Positions 17,046-27,365 of a stretch of 48,795 nt of DNA are shown here, in pieces. A program made the translations under genes and the position numbers. This DNA is from an uncultured Candidatus Saccharibacteria bacterium (GTDB lineage Bacteria > Patescibacteriota > Minisyncoccia > Phycocordibacterales > UBA9973), in contig CAZUAA010000001.1 of assembly GCA_964618365.1 (NCBI GenBank), positions 1-48,795 of the forward strand. Direction: 5' to 3'. The notes beneath the pieces are model-generated. The model did no database searches. It saw nothing but the letters and a program-made list of their open reading frames with translations, and was not told the origin of the DNA. Numbering within the stretch: the first letter of the stretch is position 1; each line of letters opens with the position of its first letter.

Positions 17046-18158
17046 ATGATTAAATTTTTATATAAAAATATTTTAAAACCGATTCTTTTCAAAATAGAAG
17101 CGGACACTGTTCATGTGTTCTTTTTATCCGTTTCGAGTTTTATTAGTAAATCTAAATTTTTAAGATTTGTAATAAAGAAAATATTTTTATACAAAAATCA
17201 ATCTTTAAACACAGAGATTTTAGGTATTAAGTTTACAAATCCACTTGGACTTGCTGCTGGGTTTGATTATAATGCCGATCTTTTAAATGTCGCAGAGTCT
17301 GCCGGCTTTGGATTTCAAACTGTGGGGACTATTACTAGGTACCCTTATGAAGGTAATAAAAGGCCCATGCTAGGTAGACTCCCAAAATCAAAGTCTCTTC
17401 TTGTGAATAAAGGTTTTAAAAATAATGGAATTGATTTTATTTTAAATAAAGTTAAGGAAAAGAACAATGAGATACCAATAGGTATAAGTATCGGCACTAC
17501 CAATAGGCCTTATTGTGACATTAAGGAAATGATCGAAGATGTTACAGATTCTTTTAGGAAGGTGGTAGATTCTCATCTTTTTGATTATTATGAGCTCAAT
17601 ATAAGTTGTCCTAATCTTTCAAACATCACATCTATCGACAGTGCTTTTGATACTAAAGAAGGACTTACACTTCTTTTAAATAAACTTTCAACTTTAGCAA
17701 TTAGAAAGCCTTTATTTATAAAAATGTATTTAGAAAAAAGTGTAGCCGAGACTCTGGTTCTTACTGAGTCTGCCTCACCATATAATTTTGTGAGCGGGTT
17801 TATCTTTGCTAATCTTGTAAAAGATAGAAGTAATGTCTTCTTTGATAAAGATGAAATCGCTCGTGCGGGGAAGGGGAACTTCAGTGGTAAGCCGGGAGCA
17901 GAAATGTCTAATAATCTTATTAGTGAAGTTTATAAAAAACATAAAGATAGATTTGTGATCATTGGTTGTGGAGGTATTTTTTCAGGATCCGATGCATATG
18001 AGAAGATAAAATGTGGGGCAAGCTTGGTGCAGATGATAACTGGGATGATATATGAGGGTCCAACTGTAATGGGGGGTATAAATAAAGAACTTGTAAAACT
18101 TTTGGAAAAAGATGGATATAAAAATGTAAGTGAAGCGGTGGGAGTGTATTATAAATAA
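17046..18158 (+). CDS. pyrD: Dihydroorotate dehydrogenase (class 2-like)
   Basis: Contains FTNPLGLAAGFD, GFGFQTVGTIT, LVNKGFKNNG and GCGGIFSGSDAYEKIKCGASLVQ. Confidence 0.85.
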   Translation: MIKFLYKNILKPILFKIEADTVHVFFLSVSSFISKSKFLRFVIKKIFLYKNQSLNTEILGIKFTNPLGLAAGFDYNADLLNVAESAGFGFQTVGTITRYPYEGNKRPMLGRLPKSKSLLVNKGFKNNGIDFILNKVKEKNNEIPIGISIGTTNRPYCDIKEMIEDVTDSFRKVVDSHLFDYYELNISCPNLSNITSIDSAFDTKEGLTLLLNKLSTLAIRKPLFIKMYLEKSVAETLVLTESASPYNFVSGFIFANLVKDRSNVFFDKDEIARAGKGNFSGKPGAEMSNNLISEVYKKHKDRFVIIGCGGIFSGSDAYEKIKCGASLVQMITGMIYEGPTVMGGINKELVKLLEKDGYKNVSEAVGVYYK

Positions 18159-18177
18159 ATATAAATAAAAAAGATGG

Positions 18178-18492
18178 CTAGTAAAGCCATCCTTCAATTA
18201 TTTTTGGTATTATCTTTTCTTTATAAATGGTCCATCCTCCACAATTCCTGTTAAGAATATTTTGGGATCCCTGTATTAATACAGGATAAACGGATAATTT
18301 ATTTTGAAAGAAAAAACTTCTTAATGAGGAAACTACCTCATCTATTTTATCAATTTTTTCAGAGAAAATGATAAAATGAATTTTCCCTTTTAAAACCAAA
18401 TCTTCGATTTCTTTAATGTTTTCACATTTGATTGATCGATGGTTTTTCACTTCAAAAAGATCACATCCAAAAAACAAAACTTTTGCGTCCAT
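18178..18492 (-). CDS. Hypothetical protein
   Basis: 104-aa ORF. The hairpin gatggct/agccatc with a T-run on the minus strand lies at its stop. Confidence 0.45.
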   Translation of the reverse strand: MDAKVLFFGCDLFEVKNHRSIKCENIKEIEDLVLKGKIHFIIFSEKIDKIDEVVSSLRSFFFQNKLSVYPVLIQGSQNILNRNCGGWTIYKEKIIPKIIEGWLY

Positions 18493-18562
18493 GACATTAA
18501 TTTTAATGGGTTTATATTAATATATATTATAGCATTTATAGAATAAAAAGTCAATCCCTGCA

Positions 18563-18619
18563 TACAAATCTCCATACCCGGTTTGGGGACATCTTTCAAA
18601 CCGGGTATGGAGATTTGTA
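18563..18619. promoter_or_regulatory. Perfect 23-bp inverted repeat with an 11-nt spacer, abutting the promoter of the adenosyltransferase gene
   Basis: tacaaatctccatacccggtttg (18563-18585) is the exact reverse complement of 18597-18619. The TATAAT box is at 18631-18636. Confidence 0.6.
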
Positions 18620-18642
18620 TTATATATTGATATAATGGATTT

Positions 18643-19245
18643 ATGGCAGAAGAAAATAAAGATAAAAAAGGTAATATTTTATACACTGGGTATGGGGACA
18701 ATGGCACGACGACGCTTTATGATTGTAAACAACACAGGATATCCAAAAGCTCTATACTGATCGAGGCACTTGGGGCAGTGGATGAGCTTAATGCCTACAT
18801 GGGGATTATAAAAGTCTTATCAAAAGATGAAAATTTTTATATTGAACTTGGAACTGAGAAAAAATATTTTGATAAAATTATAGATGACATCCAGCAAAAT
18901 CTTTTTGTAATCCAGGCAGAACTTGGAGGATCAAAAATGACGGTTTCTAAAGAAGAGCTAGATATGGTAGAGAGTATAGTTGCAAAAATAAGTGATGAAT
19001 TGCCACCTATAAAATCTTTTACAATTTCTGGTGGGAGTTTGCTTTCTTCTTCGCTTGATTTCGGTAGGACTTTGGCAAGGCGCGCAGAGCGTAGGATTGT
19101 AGCCGTACTAGATGAAGGAGGCCGTGACATAGGGGATGGAACTATATCGTATATGAATAGACTCTCCACAATACTCTTTGCCTTGTCTCGATATACAAAT
19201 CATTTGCTTTCGATAAAAGAAGAACATCCAGATTACAACAGATAG
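18643..19245 (+). CDS. ATP:cob(I)alamin adenosyltransferase, PduO type
   Basis: Contains YTGYGDNGTTTL, IEALGAVDELNAYMG and RTLARRAERR. Confidence 0.85.
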   Translation: MAEENKDKKGNILYTGYGDNGTTTLYDCKQHRISKSSILIEALGAVDELNAYMGIIKVLSKDENFYIELGTEKKYFDKIIDDIQQNLFVIQAELGGSKMTVSKEELDMVESIVAKISDELPPIKSFTISGGSLLSSSLDFGRTLARRAERRIVAVLDEGGRDIGDGTISYMNRLSTILFALSRYTNHLLSIKEEHPDYNR

Positions 19246-19277
19246 ACTATTTTTCTTTTAGTAGTATATTGTAATAG

Positions 19278-19838
19278 ATGGAGAAGGACAGAGATATAAA
19301 ACTCATAGAAGAATATTTAGAGGGGAATGATGATTCTTTAAAAGAATTGTTTGATGTTTATACTACTCCGATTTATAACTTTGCTTATAGATTTGCGAAA
19401 GAGGATTATAGTGATGATATAGTCCAAGATACATTTCTTAAGATTTGGAAAAATATAAAAAAGTTTGATAAAAGTAAATCAAGTTTTAAGACTTGGATTT
19501 TTACAATTGCGAGAAATACGATCATTGATTTTCTTAAAAAGAAAAAGTCAGTGGTTTTTTCTGATTTAGATAATAATGAAAATGAGTTCATAGATGGTAT
19601 TAAAGATTTAGGAGAAATACCAGATGAAGCATTTTCTCGTCTAGAAGACGAGAAAATGCTTAACACTTTTTTAGATTCTTTATCTATCCAATATAGGGAA
19701 GTATTAATTTTGCATTATCAAGAAGATATGACATTTAAAGAAATAGGGGAAACTTTGGATAAGCCATTAAATACAGTCAAAAGCTATCACCAAAGAGCGA
19801 TACAAATTTTAAAGGAAAAGTTTGCACCAAAATTATAA
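19278..19838 (+). CDS. RNA polymerase sigma factor, ECF (sigma-70 group 4) family
   Basis: Region 2 (IVQDTFLKIWKN, WIFTIARNTIIDFLKKKK) and a region 4 HTH (MTFKEIGETLDKPLNTVKSYHQRA). Confidence 0.85.
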   Translation: MEKDRDIKLIEEYLEGNDDSLKELFDVYTTPIYNFAYRFAKEDYSDDIVQDTFLKIWKNIKKFDKSKSSFKTWIFTIARNTIIDFLKKKKSVVFSDLDNNENEFIDGIKDLGEIPDEAFSRLEDEKMLNTFLDSLSIQYREVLILHYQEDMTFKEIGETLDKPLNTVKSYHQRAIQILKEKFAPKL

Positions 19839-19857
19839 ATTAATCGTATATATCTAT

Positions 19858-20256
19858 ATGGAACAAGATTTACAAAAATTGTTCAAGAAAGCTATTTATC
19901 AGCCGGAGAGTCGACTTTCGGGTGATATTTGGCATATGGTCTTGGAAAAGAGGGGAAAAGAGTTTAAACTAAGAGCTTATGGTTATACCTTCCTTGGTAT
20001 TTTTTCTTTGCTCTTGGGAGGTTTATCTATCAATAATCTAATCACTAGGTCTATTGAGACGGGATTTTATGATTACCTATCATTGGCTCTTAGTGATGTT
20101 TCTTTAGTATTTAGTTATTGGCAAGATTATAGTGCGACTTTAGTCAATTCTTTACCTTTTGCATCATTAGGAACTTCTCTTTTCTTATTATTTACATTCT
20201 TTGTATCTATAAGACGTGTCACTTATCAGTTTAAAAATAATTTAGTTTTATCTTAA
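19858..20256 (+). CDS. Putative anti-sigma factor / membrane protein (assigned by position)
   Basis: Lies immediately downstream of the ECF sigma gene and has two TM helices. The start was taken at the ATG that avoids overlap with the sigma gene. Confidence 0.4.
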   Translation: MEQDLQKLFKKAIYQPESRLSGDIWHMVLEKRGKEFKLRAYGYTFLGIFSLLLGGLSINNLITRSIETGFYDYLSLALSDVSLVFSYWQDYSATLVNSLPFASLGTSLFLLFTFFVSIRRVTYQFKNNLVLS

Positions 20257-20262
20257 TACTAT

Positions 20263-20763
20263 ATGGAAAACGAAATAACAAAAAAAGTGAAAAACTTTTT
20301 TAAGTCAGAAAATTTTAAAATAATCATTTATATAGTCGGTGTTTTGGCGGTCGCAATTTTAATTTTTCAAGCAGGAATGATTGCTGGATTTAAAAAAGCA
20401 TCGTTTAATAGAAATTGGGGGGATAATTATGAAAGAAATTTTGGTTCACCACATAGGAATCCTAAAATGGAAATGGGTGGATTTGGTGATTTTGGAAATC
20501 TACCAAATGCAAACGGAGCAATCGGTAAAATAATAAAAACAGAATTACCTAATGTGATAGTCATGGATGACAAAGACATGATAGAAAAAATTATCATAAT
20601 AAATGAAGATACCAAAATAGTGCAAATGCGTGAAGAATTTAAAAAGGAAGATTTAAAAGTAGATGATTTCATTGCTGTAATAGGTACTCCAAACGAAGAG
20701 GGACAGATCAATGCTAAACTTATAAGGATTTTACCGGCTTATCCACCAATGGATTTTAAATAA
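20263..20763 (+). CDS. Hypothetical membrane-anchored protein
   Basis: N-terminal TM helix. It sits in the operon between the sigma genes and the efflux genes. Confidence 0.5.
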   Translation: MENEITKKVKNFFKSENFKIIIYIVGVLAVAILIFQAGMIAGFKKASFNRNWGDNYERNFGSPHRNPKMEMGGFGDFGNLPNANGAIGKIIKTELPNVIVMDDKDMIEKIIIINEDTKIVQMREEFKKEDLKVDDFIAVIGTPNEEGQINAKLIRILPAYPPMDFK

Positions 20764-20769
20764 AAATAT

Positions 20770-22326
20770 ATGATTACAAAAATTAAAAATTTTATTTTAA
20801 AAAATAAAATTATTTCTACCATAGTACTCGTTTTAATTATTGTTCTTGTGTATTTTATTTTTTTTAATAAAAAAACTGAAATTAATTATACAAGTGAAAA
20901 TGTAAAGAGGGGAGACATTACTCTTAGTGTTTCAGGTGTGGGACAGATAGAAGCTTCAGATACTATCACTCTTAGTCCAAAAATTTCTGGAGATATAAAT
21001 TATGTGGGAGTATCTGTGGGACAATACGTAAAAAGGGGTACGCTAATAGCAAGTATAGATTATAGGGACGCTAAGAATGATCTAGAGCTTGCAGAGCTTA
21101 ATTTACAGGATCTTGTGACTCCAGATCATCTCACACTTTTACAAAAAGAAAATTCTTTAGAAGAATCTCGTGATAGTGCATGGAATACAGTTTCTTCTTT
21201 TATGAATTATAGTATTGCTTCTGTTGGTGATATTGAGGATTTGTATTCCACTGATGGTTTTTTGGAGTATAAAAATATAATGAGTGCCAGTTCTTCTTCA
21301 AAAGAAAAAGTAAGAAATGGAGAAGATAGTTTATATCTTGCAAAAAAGGATTTAGAAAAAATTAATAAGGTTTATGGGACACTTTCTCGGTCAAGTGATG
21401 AAGATGTAAAGGAAAATTTCTTAAAAGATGCATATATTACTTCTTTGGCTATTTCTTCTGCTGTAAAAAATACTGAAACAGCTTTTAATTATATTGTGAA
21501 AGATTTTGAGTATAGCTATAGTGATGAAAATGTCTTAGAGATAAATACTCAAATATCATCCTGGATTAAAGAATTTAATAGTTATTCAGTGAATTTATCT
21601 TCTGCTATTAATTCAATAAAAGAAAGTACTTTGTCTTATAAGGAAGCTTTAGCAGGGGAAGATGAGACAAGTATTCGCCAAGCTGAAATATCTTTGGAAT
21701 CTAAAAAGAATAACTATAATGATCATTTTATTTATGCCCCTTTTGATGGAGTTATCGCCACTCTTACCGCTAAAGTTGGTGAGTCTTCTGGGTCAAACAT
21801 AGGAACACTTATAACCAAAGAAAATATTGCTGTTATACCTTTCAATGAAGTAGATATTGCCTCTATATCTCTTGGCCAGAAAGTAAATCTAACTTTTGAT
21901 GCTATCAGCGATTTGTCTTTAGAGGGGGAAGTCATTGAAATAGATCAAGTAGGAACTGTAGAATCTGGAGTCGTTTCTTATGATGTAAAAATTGCAATTA
22001 GTGATAAAAATGAAAAGATAAAACCGGGAATGAGCGTAAATGCAGAAATAATAATAGAATCCAAAAAAGATATTCTTTTAATTTCTTCTTCATCAGTGAA
22101 AACACGAGGTGGTAAATCTTATGTAGAAATTATGAAAGATGGAAATTCTCTTAAGCAAGAAGTAGAGACAGGTATATCTGATGATTCAAATATTGAAATA
22201 ATAAGTGGGCTTAGAGAAGGAGATGAAATAATAATAAAAACAAGTAATTTATCATCTACAAAAAATACAGGAATGATAGGAACTCCTGGTATGGGTGGTG
22301 CTGCCATGGGGGGTATGTTACGATAA
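20770..22326 (+). CDS. Efflux transporter periplasmic adaptor (HlyD/MacA family)
   Basis: N-terminal TM anchor, a long coiled-coil middle, lipoyl/beta-barrel motifs (APFDGVIA, GMSVNAEII), and MacB-like genes downstream. Confidence 0.75.
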   Translation: MITKIKNFILKNKIISTIVLVLIIVLVYFIFFNKKTEINYTSENVKRGDITLSVSGVGQIEASDTITLSPKISGDINYVGVSVGQYVKRGTLIASIDYRDAKNDLELAELNLQDLVTPDHLTLLQKENSLEESRDSAWNTVSSFMNYSIASVGDIEDLYSTDGFLEYKNIMSASSSSKEKVRNGEDSLYLAKKDLEKINKVYGTLSRSSDEDVKENFLKDAYITSLAISSAVKNTETAFNYIVKDFEYSYSDENVLEINTQISSWIKEFNSYSVNLSSAINSIKESTLSYKEALAGEDETSIRQAEISLESKKNNYNDHFIYAPFDGVIATLTAKVGESSGSNIGTLITKENIAVIPFNEVDIASISLGQKVNLTFDAISDLSLEGEVIEIDQVGTVESGVVSYDVKIAISDKNEKIKPGMSVNAEIIIESKKDILLISSSSVKTRGGKSYVEIMKDGNSLKQEVETGISDDSNIEIISGLREGDEIIIKTSNLSSTKNTGMIGTPGMGGAAMGGMLR

Positions 22327-22330
22327 ATTT

Positions 22331-23035
22331 ATGATTGAATTAAAAAATATAACTAAAATTTATAATACAGGAGGAGAGCCATATGAAGCCCTTAAGGGTA
22401 TAAGTATGAATATAAAGAAAGGAGAGTTTGTGGCTATTATGGGTCCATCTGGATCTGGTAAATCAACCTTGATGCACATTTTAGGAGCACTAGATACTGC
22501 TACATCTGGGACTTACCATTTAGATGGTAAAGATGTTTCAAAATTATCCGATGATGAGCTTGCTGATATAAGAAAAAATAATATTGGTTTTGTTTTTCAA
22601 TCCTTTAATTTACTTCCTAGAGCATCGGTTATAAGGAATGTAGAATTACCCCTTATTTATGAAGGAGTACCCAAGGAAGAAAGAAGAAAAAGAGCTGAAG
22701 AATCTTTGGTAAAAGCTGGGATGGATGAGAAACATTTTTCTCATTTATCAAACCAACTTTCTGGTGGTCAAATACAACGTGTAGCAATTGCTCGAGCTCT
22801 TGTGAATAACCCTTCTATAATTTTAGCTGATGAGCCGACTGGAAACCTAGATACAAAAACTGGAAATATTGTGCTCTCTACTTTTCAAAAATTAAATGAA
22901 GAATACGGAAGAACAATTATACTTATTACTCATGAAGCTGATGTTGCAGAGCATGCTGATAGAATACTTTTTATTCGAGATGGATTACTTGTCGAAAATC
23001 CAGAAAGACATTCTAAAAGAATAGCAAAAATATAA
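22331..23035 (+). CDS. ABC transporter ATP-binding protein (MacB/LolD-like)
   Basis: Contains [24 protein letters not shown] and [11 protein letters not shown]. The start was set at [11 protein letters not shown]. Confidence 0.9.
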   Translation: MIELKNITKIYNTGGEPYEALKGISMNIKKGEFVAIMGPSGSGKSTLMHILGALDTATSGTYHLDGKDVSKLSDDELADIRKNNIGFVFQSFNLLPRASVIRNVELPLIYEGVPKEERRKRAEESLVKAGMDEKHFSHLSNQLSGGQIQRVAIARALVNNPSIILADEPTGNLDTKTGNIVLSTFQKLNEEYGRTIILITHEADVAEHADRILFIRDGLLVENPERHSKRIAKI

Positions 23036-23037
23036 TT

Positions 23038-24261
23038 ATGAAACTACGTGATATTTTAGAAGAGACTTTTTCTGCCTTAAAATCAAACAAAGTTCGTACA
23101 GGACTTACTATGCTTGGAATTGTTATAGGTATTGCTTCAGTAATTACTATGGTGGCGATAGGGCAGGGAGCTTCAAACTCTGTTTCTTCTCAAATTGAAT
23201 CAATGGGGGCAAATCTTATAATGGTGAATCCTGGTGCTCCTAGAACTTTTGGCGGGGCAAGGGAGTCTCGTGGTGGAGCGAAAACTCTTACTCTAGAAGA
23301 TGCTGAAAAGATTTCTACAGAGATTGATAATATAGATGCTGTGGCAAGAGTTGTGACATCTCAACAACAAGTTATTTATGAAGGACAAAATACTAATACA
23401 AGCATAACTGGAGTAGAGTCTTCTTATGCCACCATTAGAAATATTGAAATGGCAGAAGGTTCTTTTGTTTTAGATTCGCAAGTAAATAAAATTTCTAAAG
23501 TTGCAGTACTGGGTTCAACTACAAGAGATGATTTATTTGGAGAAGGGGAAGAGGGTGTAGTAGGAGAGAAGATTCGTATAAAGGGAGTAGAGTATACAGT
23601 AGTAGGTGTAGCTAAGGCAAAAGGTGGCACAGGAATGACTAACGGTGATGATGTAATTTATATTCCTTATACTACTGCAAGTAGATATTTAGCAGGACAT
23701 AAATATCTTTCAAGTATTTATATTTCATCTTCATCTCCTGAGGTTTCAACTCTTGTTCAAGAAGATGTTGAGACATTACTTCTTAAGCTTCACAATAAAG
23801 AAAGTGGAGAAGATGCTGATTTTAATATTTTAAACCAATCAGATATATTAGAAACTGCGACTGATATCACAGGAACTTTCACTATACTTTTAGCAGCTAT
23901 TGCTGGAATTTCTCTTTTAGTAGGAGGTATCGGAATTATGAATATGATGCTTACTACTGTGACTGAAAGGACAAGAGAGATAGGTCTCCGTAAGGCAATC
24001 GGTGCGAAGAAAAAAGATATCAATTCTCAATTTTTAGTAGAGGCTGTCACACTTACTTTTTTGGGTGGGATAATTGGGGTACTGCTTGGATGGATGATTT
24101 CATTTGGGATTAATTATTTTGATATTACAGAAGCGTCTGTATCTTTATCTTCTGTCTTATTAGCTTTTGGTGTTTCTGCTTTTATTGGGATTATCTTTGG
24201 GTATTATCCTGCAAGACGTGCATCTTCTCTTAACCCAATTGATGCCTTGAGATATGAGTAA
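23038..24261 (+). CDS. ABC transporter permease, MacB/FtsX family
   Basis: MacB-type topology: TM1, a large periplasmic domain, then the FtsX-like domain with TERTREIGLRKAIGA. Confidence 0.9.
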   Translation: MKLRDILEETFSALKSNKVRTGLTMLGIVIGIASVITMVAIGQGASNSVSSQIESMGANLIMVNPGAPRTFGGARESRGGAKTLTLEDAEKISTEIDNIDAVARVVTSQQQVIYEGQNTNTSITGVESSYATIRNIEMAEGSFVLDSQVNKISKVAVLGSTTRDDLFGEGEEGVVGEKIRIKGVEYTVVGVAKAKGGTGMTNGDDVIYIPYTTASRYLAGHKYLSSIYISSSSPEVSTLVQEDVETLLLKLHNKESGEDADFNILNQSDILETATDITGTFTILLAAIAGISLLVGGIGIMNMMLTTVTERTREIGLRKAIGAKKKDINSQFLVEAVTLTFLGGIIGVLLGWMISFGINYFDITEASVSLSSVLLAFGVSAFIGIIFGYYPARRASSLNPIDALRYE

Positions 24262-24281
24262 AATGGTATATAATATCTCTT

Positions 24282-24899
24282 ATGGATATATCAAACAGTA
24301 AAGAAAAGGAATTAGTCTGGATACAGATTTTGTATCTTTATATTGTTCCTGTTTTATTATTGTATTTCAAGATTATACCTGAAGACTTTAGGATATTTAT
24401 GCTTTTTGGCATTGCCATACTTCTTTTTGGCATAGTCAGGCATGCTAAATGGACGAAAGAAGATTTTGGCATAACCTCAAAGTTTATGAAAGATTTTGCA
24501 CCGTATTTTCTTTTTACCATTGCTGGAGTTTTCTTTTTATTGTGGCTTTCGAAAATTTCTCCCCATAAACCATTTTTAAATTGGTGGATGAACATAAGAT
24601 TCTTATTACTTTTTATTCCAATTAGTGTGCTTCAAGAAGTTGTTTTTCGAGGTATTCTTATGAATATGCAAAAGAGAGCATTTAAAAATGCTTATTCTAT
24701 AATTTTAATTAATGCTTCAGTTTTTGCTCTTATCCATGTGATATATTTAAATGCGACATTTGTGCTCCCGATGACTTTTATAGCTGGCATTGGTTTTGCT
24801 TGGATGTATTATAAATACCCAAATCTTATTCTGATATCTATTTCTCATACAATACTTAACTTTGTGGGGATGATATTAGGATTTTTTACTTTAAGATAA
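24282..24899 (+). CDS. CPBP family intramembrane glutamic endopeptidase (CAAX protease-like)
   Basis: Contains the motifs LQEVVFRG (EExxxR-like), FALIHV and SHTILNF. Confidence 0.75.
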   Translation: MDISNSKEKELVWIQILYLYIVPVLLLYFKIIPEDFRIFMLFGIAILLFGIVRHAKWTKEDFGITSKFMKDFAPYFLFTIAGVFFLLWLSKISPHKPFLNWWMNIRFLLLFIPISVLQEVVFRGILMNMQKRAFKNAYSIILINASVFALIHVIYLNATFVLPMTFIAGIGFAWMYYKYPNLILISISHTILNFVGMILGFFTLR

Positions 24900-24943
24900 A
24901 TAGTATTTGTTGATTATTTTAATAAAAGGAATATAATTTATTT

Positions 24944-25432
24944 ATGGAAAATGATAAAAAAAAGAGGCCTTCTTGGGATGAATATTTTATGAAGCTTGCT
25001 GAACTGGTAGGTTCAAGGGGTACTTGTGATAGAGGGTATGCTGGAGCAATCATCGTTAAGGATAAAAGAATTTTAGCTACTGGTTATGTTGGAGCTCCTT
25101 CAGGGATAAAGAGTTGTGATGAGGTTGGGCATGAGATACATAAGGTTATAAGTGAAGATGGAACAGAGTCTAATCATTGTATGAGAACAGCACATGCAGA
25201 GCAAAATGCTATAAACAATGCAGCTAGGATTGGTGTTGCTATTGAAGGATCTACTATGTATTGCAAAATGGCCCCTTGTTATAAATGTGCACAGAGTATT
25301 ATAAATTCTGGCATTGTTCGATTGGTAGCCTTGAAAGATTATCATGGAGCAAAGAGAACAAAAGAAATTTTTAAAGAAGCAAATATTAAATTTGAAATAT
25401 TAGGAGAAGTAGAAATTTATGATAATATGTAA
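24944..25432 (+). CDS. dCMP deaminase
   Basis: Zinc motifs HAEQNAI and PCYKCAQ, with an N-terminal WDEYFM. Confidence 0.9.
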   Translation: MENDKKKRPSWDEYFMKLAELVGSRGTCDRGYAGAIIVKDKRILATGYVGAPSGIKSCDEVGHEIHKVISEDGTESNHCMRTAHAEQNAINNAARIGVAIEGSTMYCKMAPCYKCAQSIINSGIVRLVALKDYHGAKRTKEIFKEANIKFEILGEVEIYDNM

Positions 25433-25437
25433 AATAT

Positions 25438-25767
25438 ATGGTTGATCTTAAAGAACTTCAAAAAGAAGTAATGCGCAATAAAATAGAAAAAGGTTTCAAT
25501 ACCACAGATGTAGCTGTTGAATTTTGTCGTGCACATGAGGAGCTTTCTGAGGCTTATTCTAAATTTAGTAAAAATCAAGATGGAGTAGCAGAAGAATTTG
25601 CTGATGTAGCTATTTTTGTGCTTGGAATGTGTGAGATACTTGGATACGATCTTGAAAAAGAATTAGTTAGAAAAATAGAAATAAATAAAAATCGTAAATA
25701 TATAAAAGGTAAAACTCCCGATGGGAAAGACATTTTTATAAGAGTAAAAACAGAAGTAGATCCATAG
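25438..25767 (+). CDS. MazG-like nucleotide pyrophosphohydrolase domain protein
   Basis: EELSEAY and EEFADVAIFVLG (ExxE / ExxD metal motifs) in an all-alpha protein of about 110 aa. Confidence 0.7.
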   Translation: MVDLKELQKEVMRNKIEKGFNTTDVAVEFCRAHEELSEAYSKFSKNQDGVAEEFADVAIFVLGMCEILGYDLEKELVRKIEINKNRKYIKGKTPDGKDIFIRVKTEVDP

Positions 25768-25811
25768 ATTTCTAAAATAAAAAATCCTCTGACTTGAGTT
25801 CAGGGGATTTT

Positions 25812-26336
25812 TTATTTTTTCTTATATATTACAAATTCTAAATCGTAAACATTTAATTCATCTTTGGGGTGTTTCTTACTTTCTATCTTTTCCCATTTAT
25901 CTTTATCTATAGTGGGGAAGTATGTATCTGCATCTGGGAAATTAGCATTTACATGAGTGATATATAGTTTATCTGCTTTATCTATAAAGAGTTTGTATAT
26001 TTGCCCACCGCCGATTATAAATGCTTCTTCATCACTTCCTAGAGTTTCGTTTAGCGCCTTTTCTAAACTTTCAATACTATAGTATATCTCTACTCCTTCT
26101 CTCTTAAAATTTGTATCAAGAGTGAGGATAATGTTTCTCCTGTTTGGAAGTGGGCGACCAAGGAGACCTTCTTTGGAGGTTCCTAGTGATTCAAAGGTCT
26201 TTTGTCCCATTATCACAGGGTGACCTGTGGTTGTTTCTTTGAAATGTTTCATATCAGCCGGTAAATCCCAAAGAAGGGTATTCTTCATACCTATTTCATT
26301 ATTATTTGCAATGGCGGAGATTATGGATAAGATCAT
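25812..26336 (-). CDS. folA: Dihydrofolate reductase
   Basis: Contains [39 protein letters not shown] and FIIGGGQIY. It overlaps thyA by 4 nt. Confidence 0.9.
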   Translation of the reverse strand: MILSIISAIANNNEIGMKNTLLWDLPADMKHFKETTTGHPVIMGQKTFESLGTSKEGLLGRPLPNRRNIILTLDTNFKREGVEIYYSIESLEKALNETLGSDEEAFIIGGGQIYKLFIDKADKLYITHVNANFPDADTYFPTIDKDKWEKIESKKHPKDELNVYDLEFVIYKKK

Positions 26337-27283
26337 ACAGCAATTGGAGCTTTGATAGCTTCGTGTGGATTATAATCTACTAATTCGAAATCATCTATTG
26401 TAAAATCTTCAATGCTTTTTTTATCTGGATTTATTTTCATTTTTGGCATTGGTCTTATGTCATTAATTCTTGCAAGTTGTATATTTGCTTGCTCTAGATG
26501 ATTTAAATATAAATGAACATCTCCTCCTGTCCAAACAAAATCACCAGGTTGTAGTCCAGTTACTTGAGCTACAATCATTGTTAATAAAGCATATGAAGCG
26601 ATGTTGAATGGTACTCCCAAAAAAGTATCACAACTTCTTTGGTAAAGTTGGCAAGATAATTTTCCGTTTGCTACATAGAATTGATAAAGAGTATGACAAG
26701 GAGGAAGACCGGCTTTAGCCATTTCATCTATATCTGCTACATTCCAGGCGGAGACAATAATTCTCCTTGAGTTAGGATTTGTTTTTATTGTTTCTATTGC
26801 ATTTGATAATTGATCTAGACAAGTATTATCTTTATCTTTCCAGCATCTCCATTGTGAGCCATATATTGGTCCTAGTTCTCCATATTTTTGGGCGAATTCT
26901 TTATCTGATTTTATTTTTTCTACAAATTCTTTTATTCCATCATTCCATTCATCACTTCCAAGTTTTGGCATTGGTTTTCCTTCTCTTGTGAGGTATGCCT
27001 TAAATGGCCATTCATCCCAAATATGAACATTGTTTTCTGCTAAATATTTTAGATTTGTATCACCTCGCATAAACCATAAAAGTTCATGAATTATAGCTTT
27101 TATCGGTACTTTTTTAGTCGTTAGAAGTGGAAATCCTTTAGATAAATCAAATCGCATTTGATGTCCAAAAACAGACATAGTACCTGTCCCAGTCCGATCT
27201 TCTTTTTTTGAACCTTCTTTTAGTATTCTCTCTAATAGTTCAAGATAAACTAAGTCTACATGATATTCTTGTTTATTTTCCAT
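26333..27283 (-). CDS. thyA: Thymidylate synthase (ThyA), long form; start revised
   Basis: Contains DRTGTGT, LPPCH and [10 protein letters not shown]. On the minus strand, TATAAT (27290-27295) is followed by 6 nt and then the ATG at 27283. The ORF-track start at 27319 reads through the -10 box. Confidence 0.9.
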   Translation of the reverse strand: MENKQEYHVDLVYLELLERILKEGSKKEDRTGTGTMSVFGHQMRFDLSKGFPLLTTKKVPIKAIIHELLWFMRGDTNLKYLAENNVHIWDEWPFKAYLTREGKPMPKLGSDEWNDGIKEFVEKIKSDKEFAQKYGELGPIYGSQWRCWKDKDNTCLDQLSNAIETIKTNPNSRRIIVSAWNVADIDEMAKAGLPPCHTLYQFYVANGKLSCQLYQRSCDTFLGVPFNIASYALLTMIVAQVTGLQPGDFVWTGGDVHLYLNHLEQANIQLARINDIRPMPKMKINPDKKSIEDFTIDDFELVDYNPHEAIKAPIAV

Positions 27284-27365
27284 AAGTATATTATATCCTC
27301 TTTTCTTCTTTTTTGCCAAATGTGATAAAATGGGGGTATTATAAATCTAAATATCCACCAATAAT

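Noticed and set aside
18447-18707. 86-aa minus-strand ORF
   Set aside because: It spans the 23-bp inverted repeat and the promoter and start of the adenosyltransferase gene, and it overlaps two better-supported genes.
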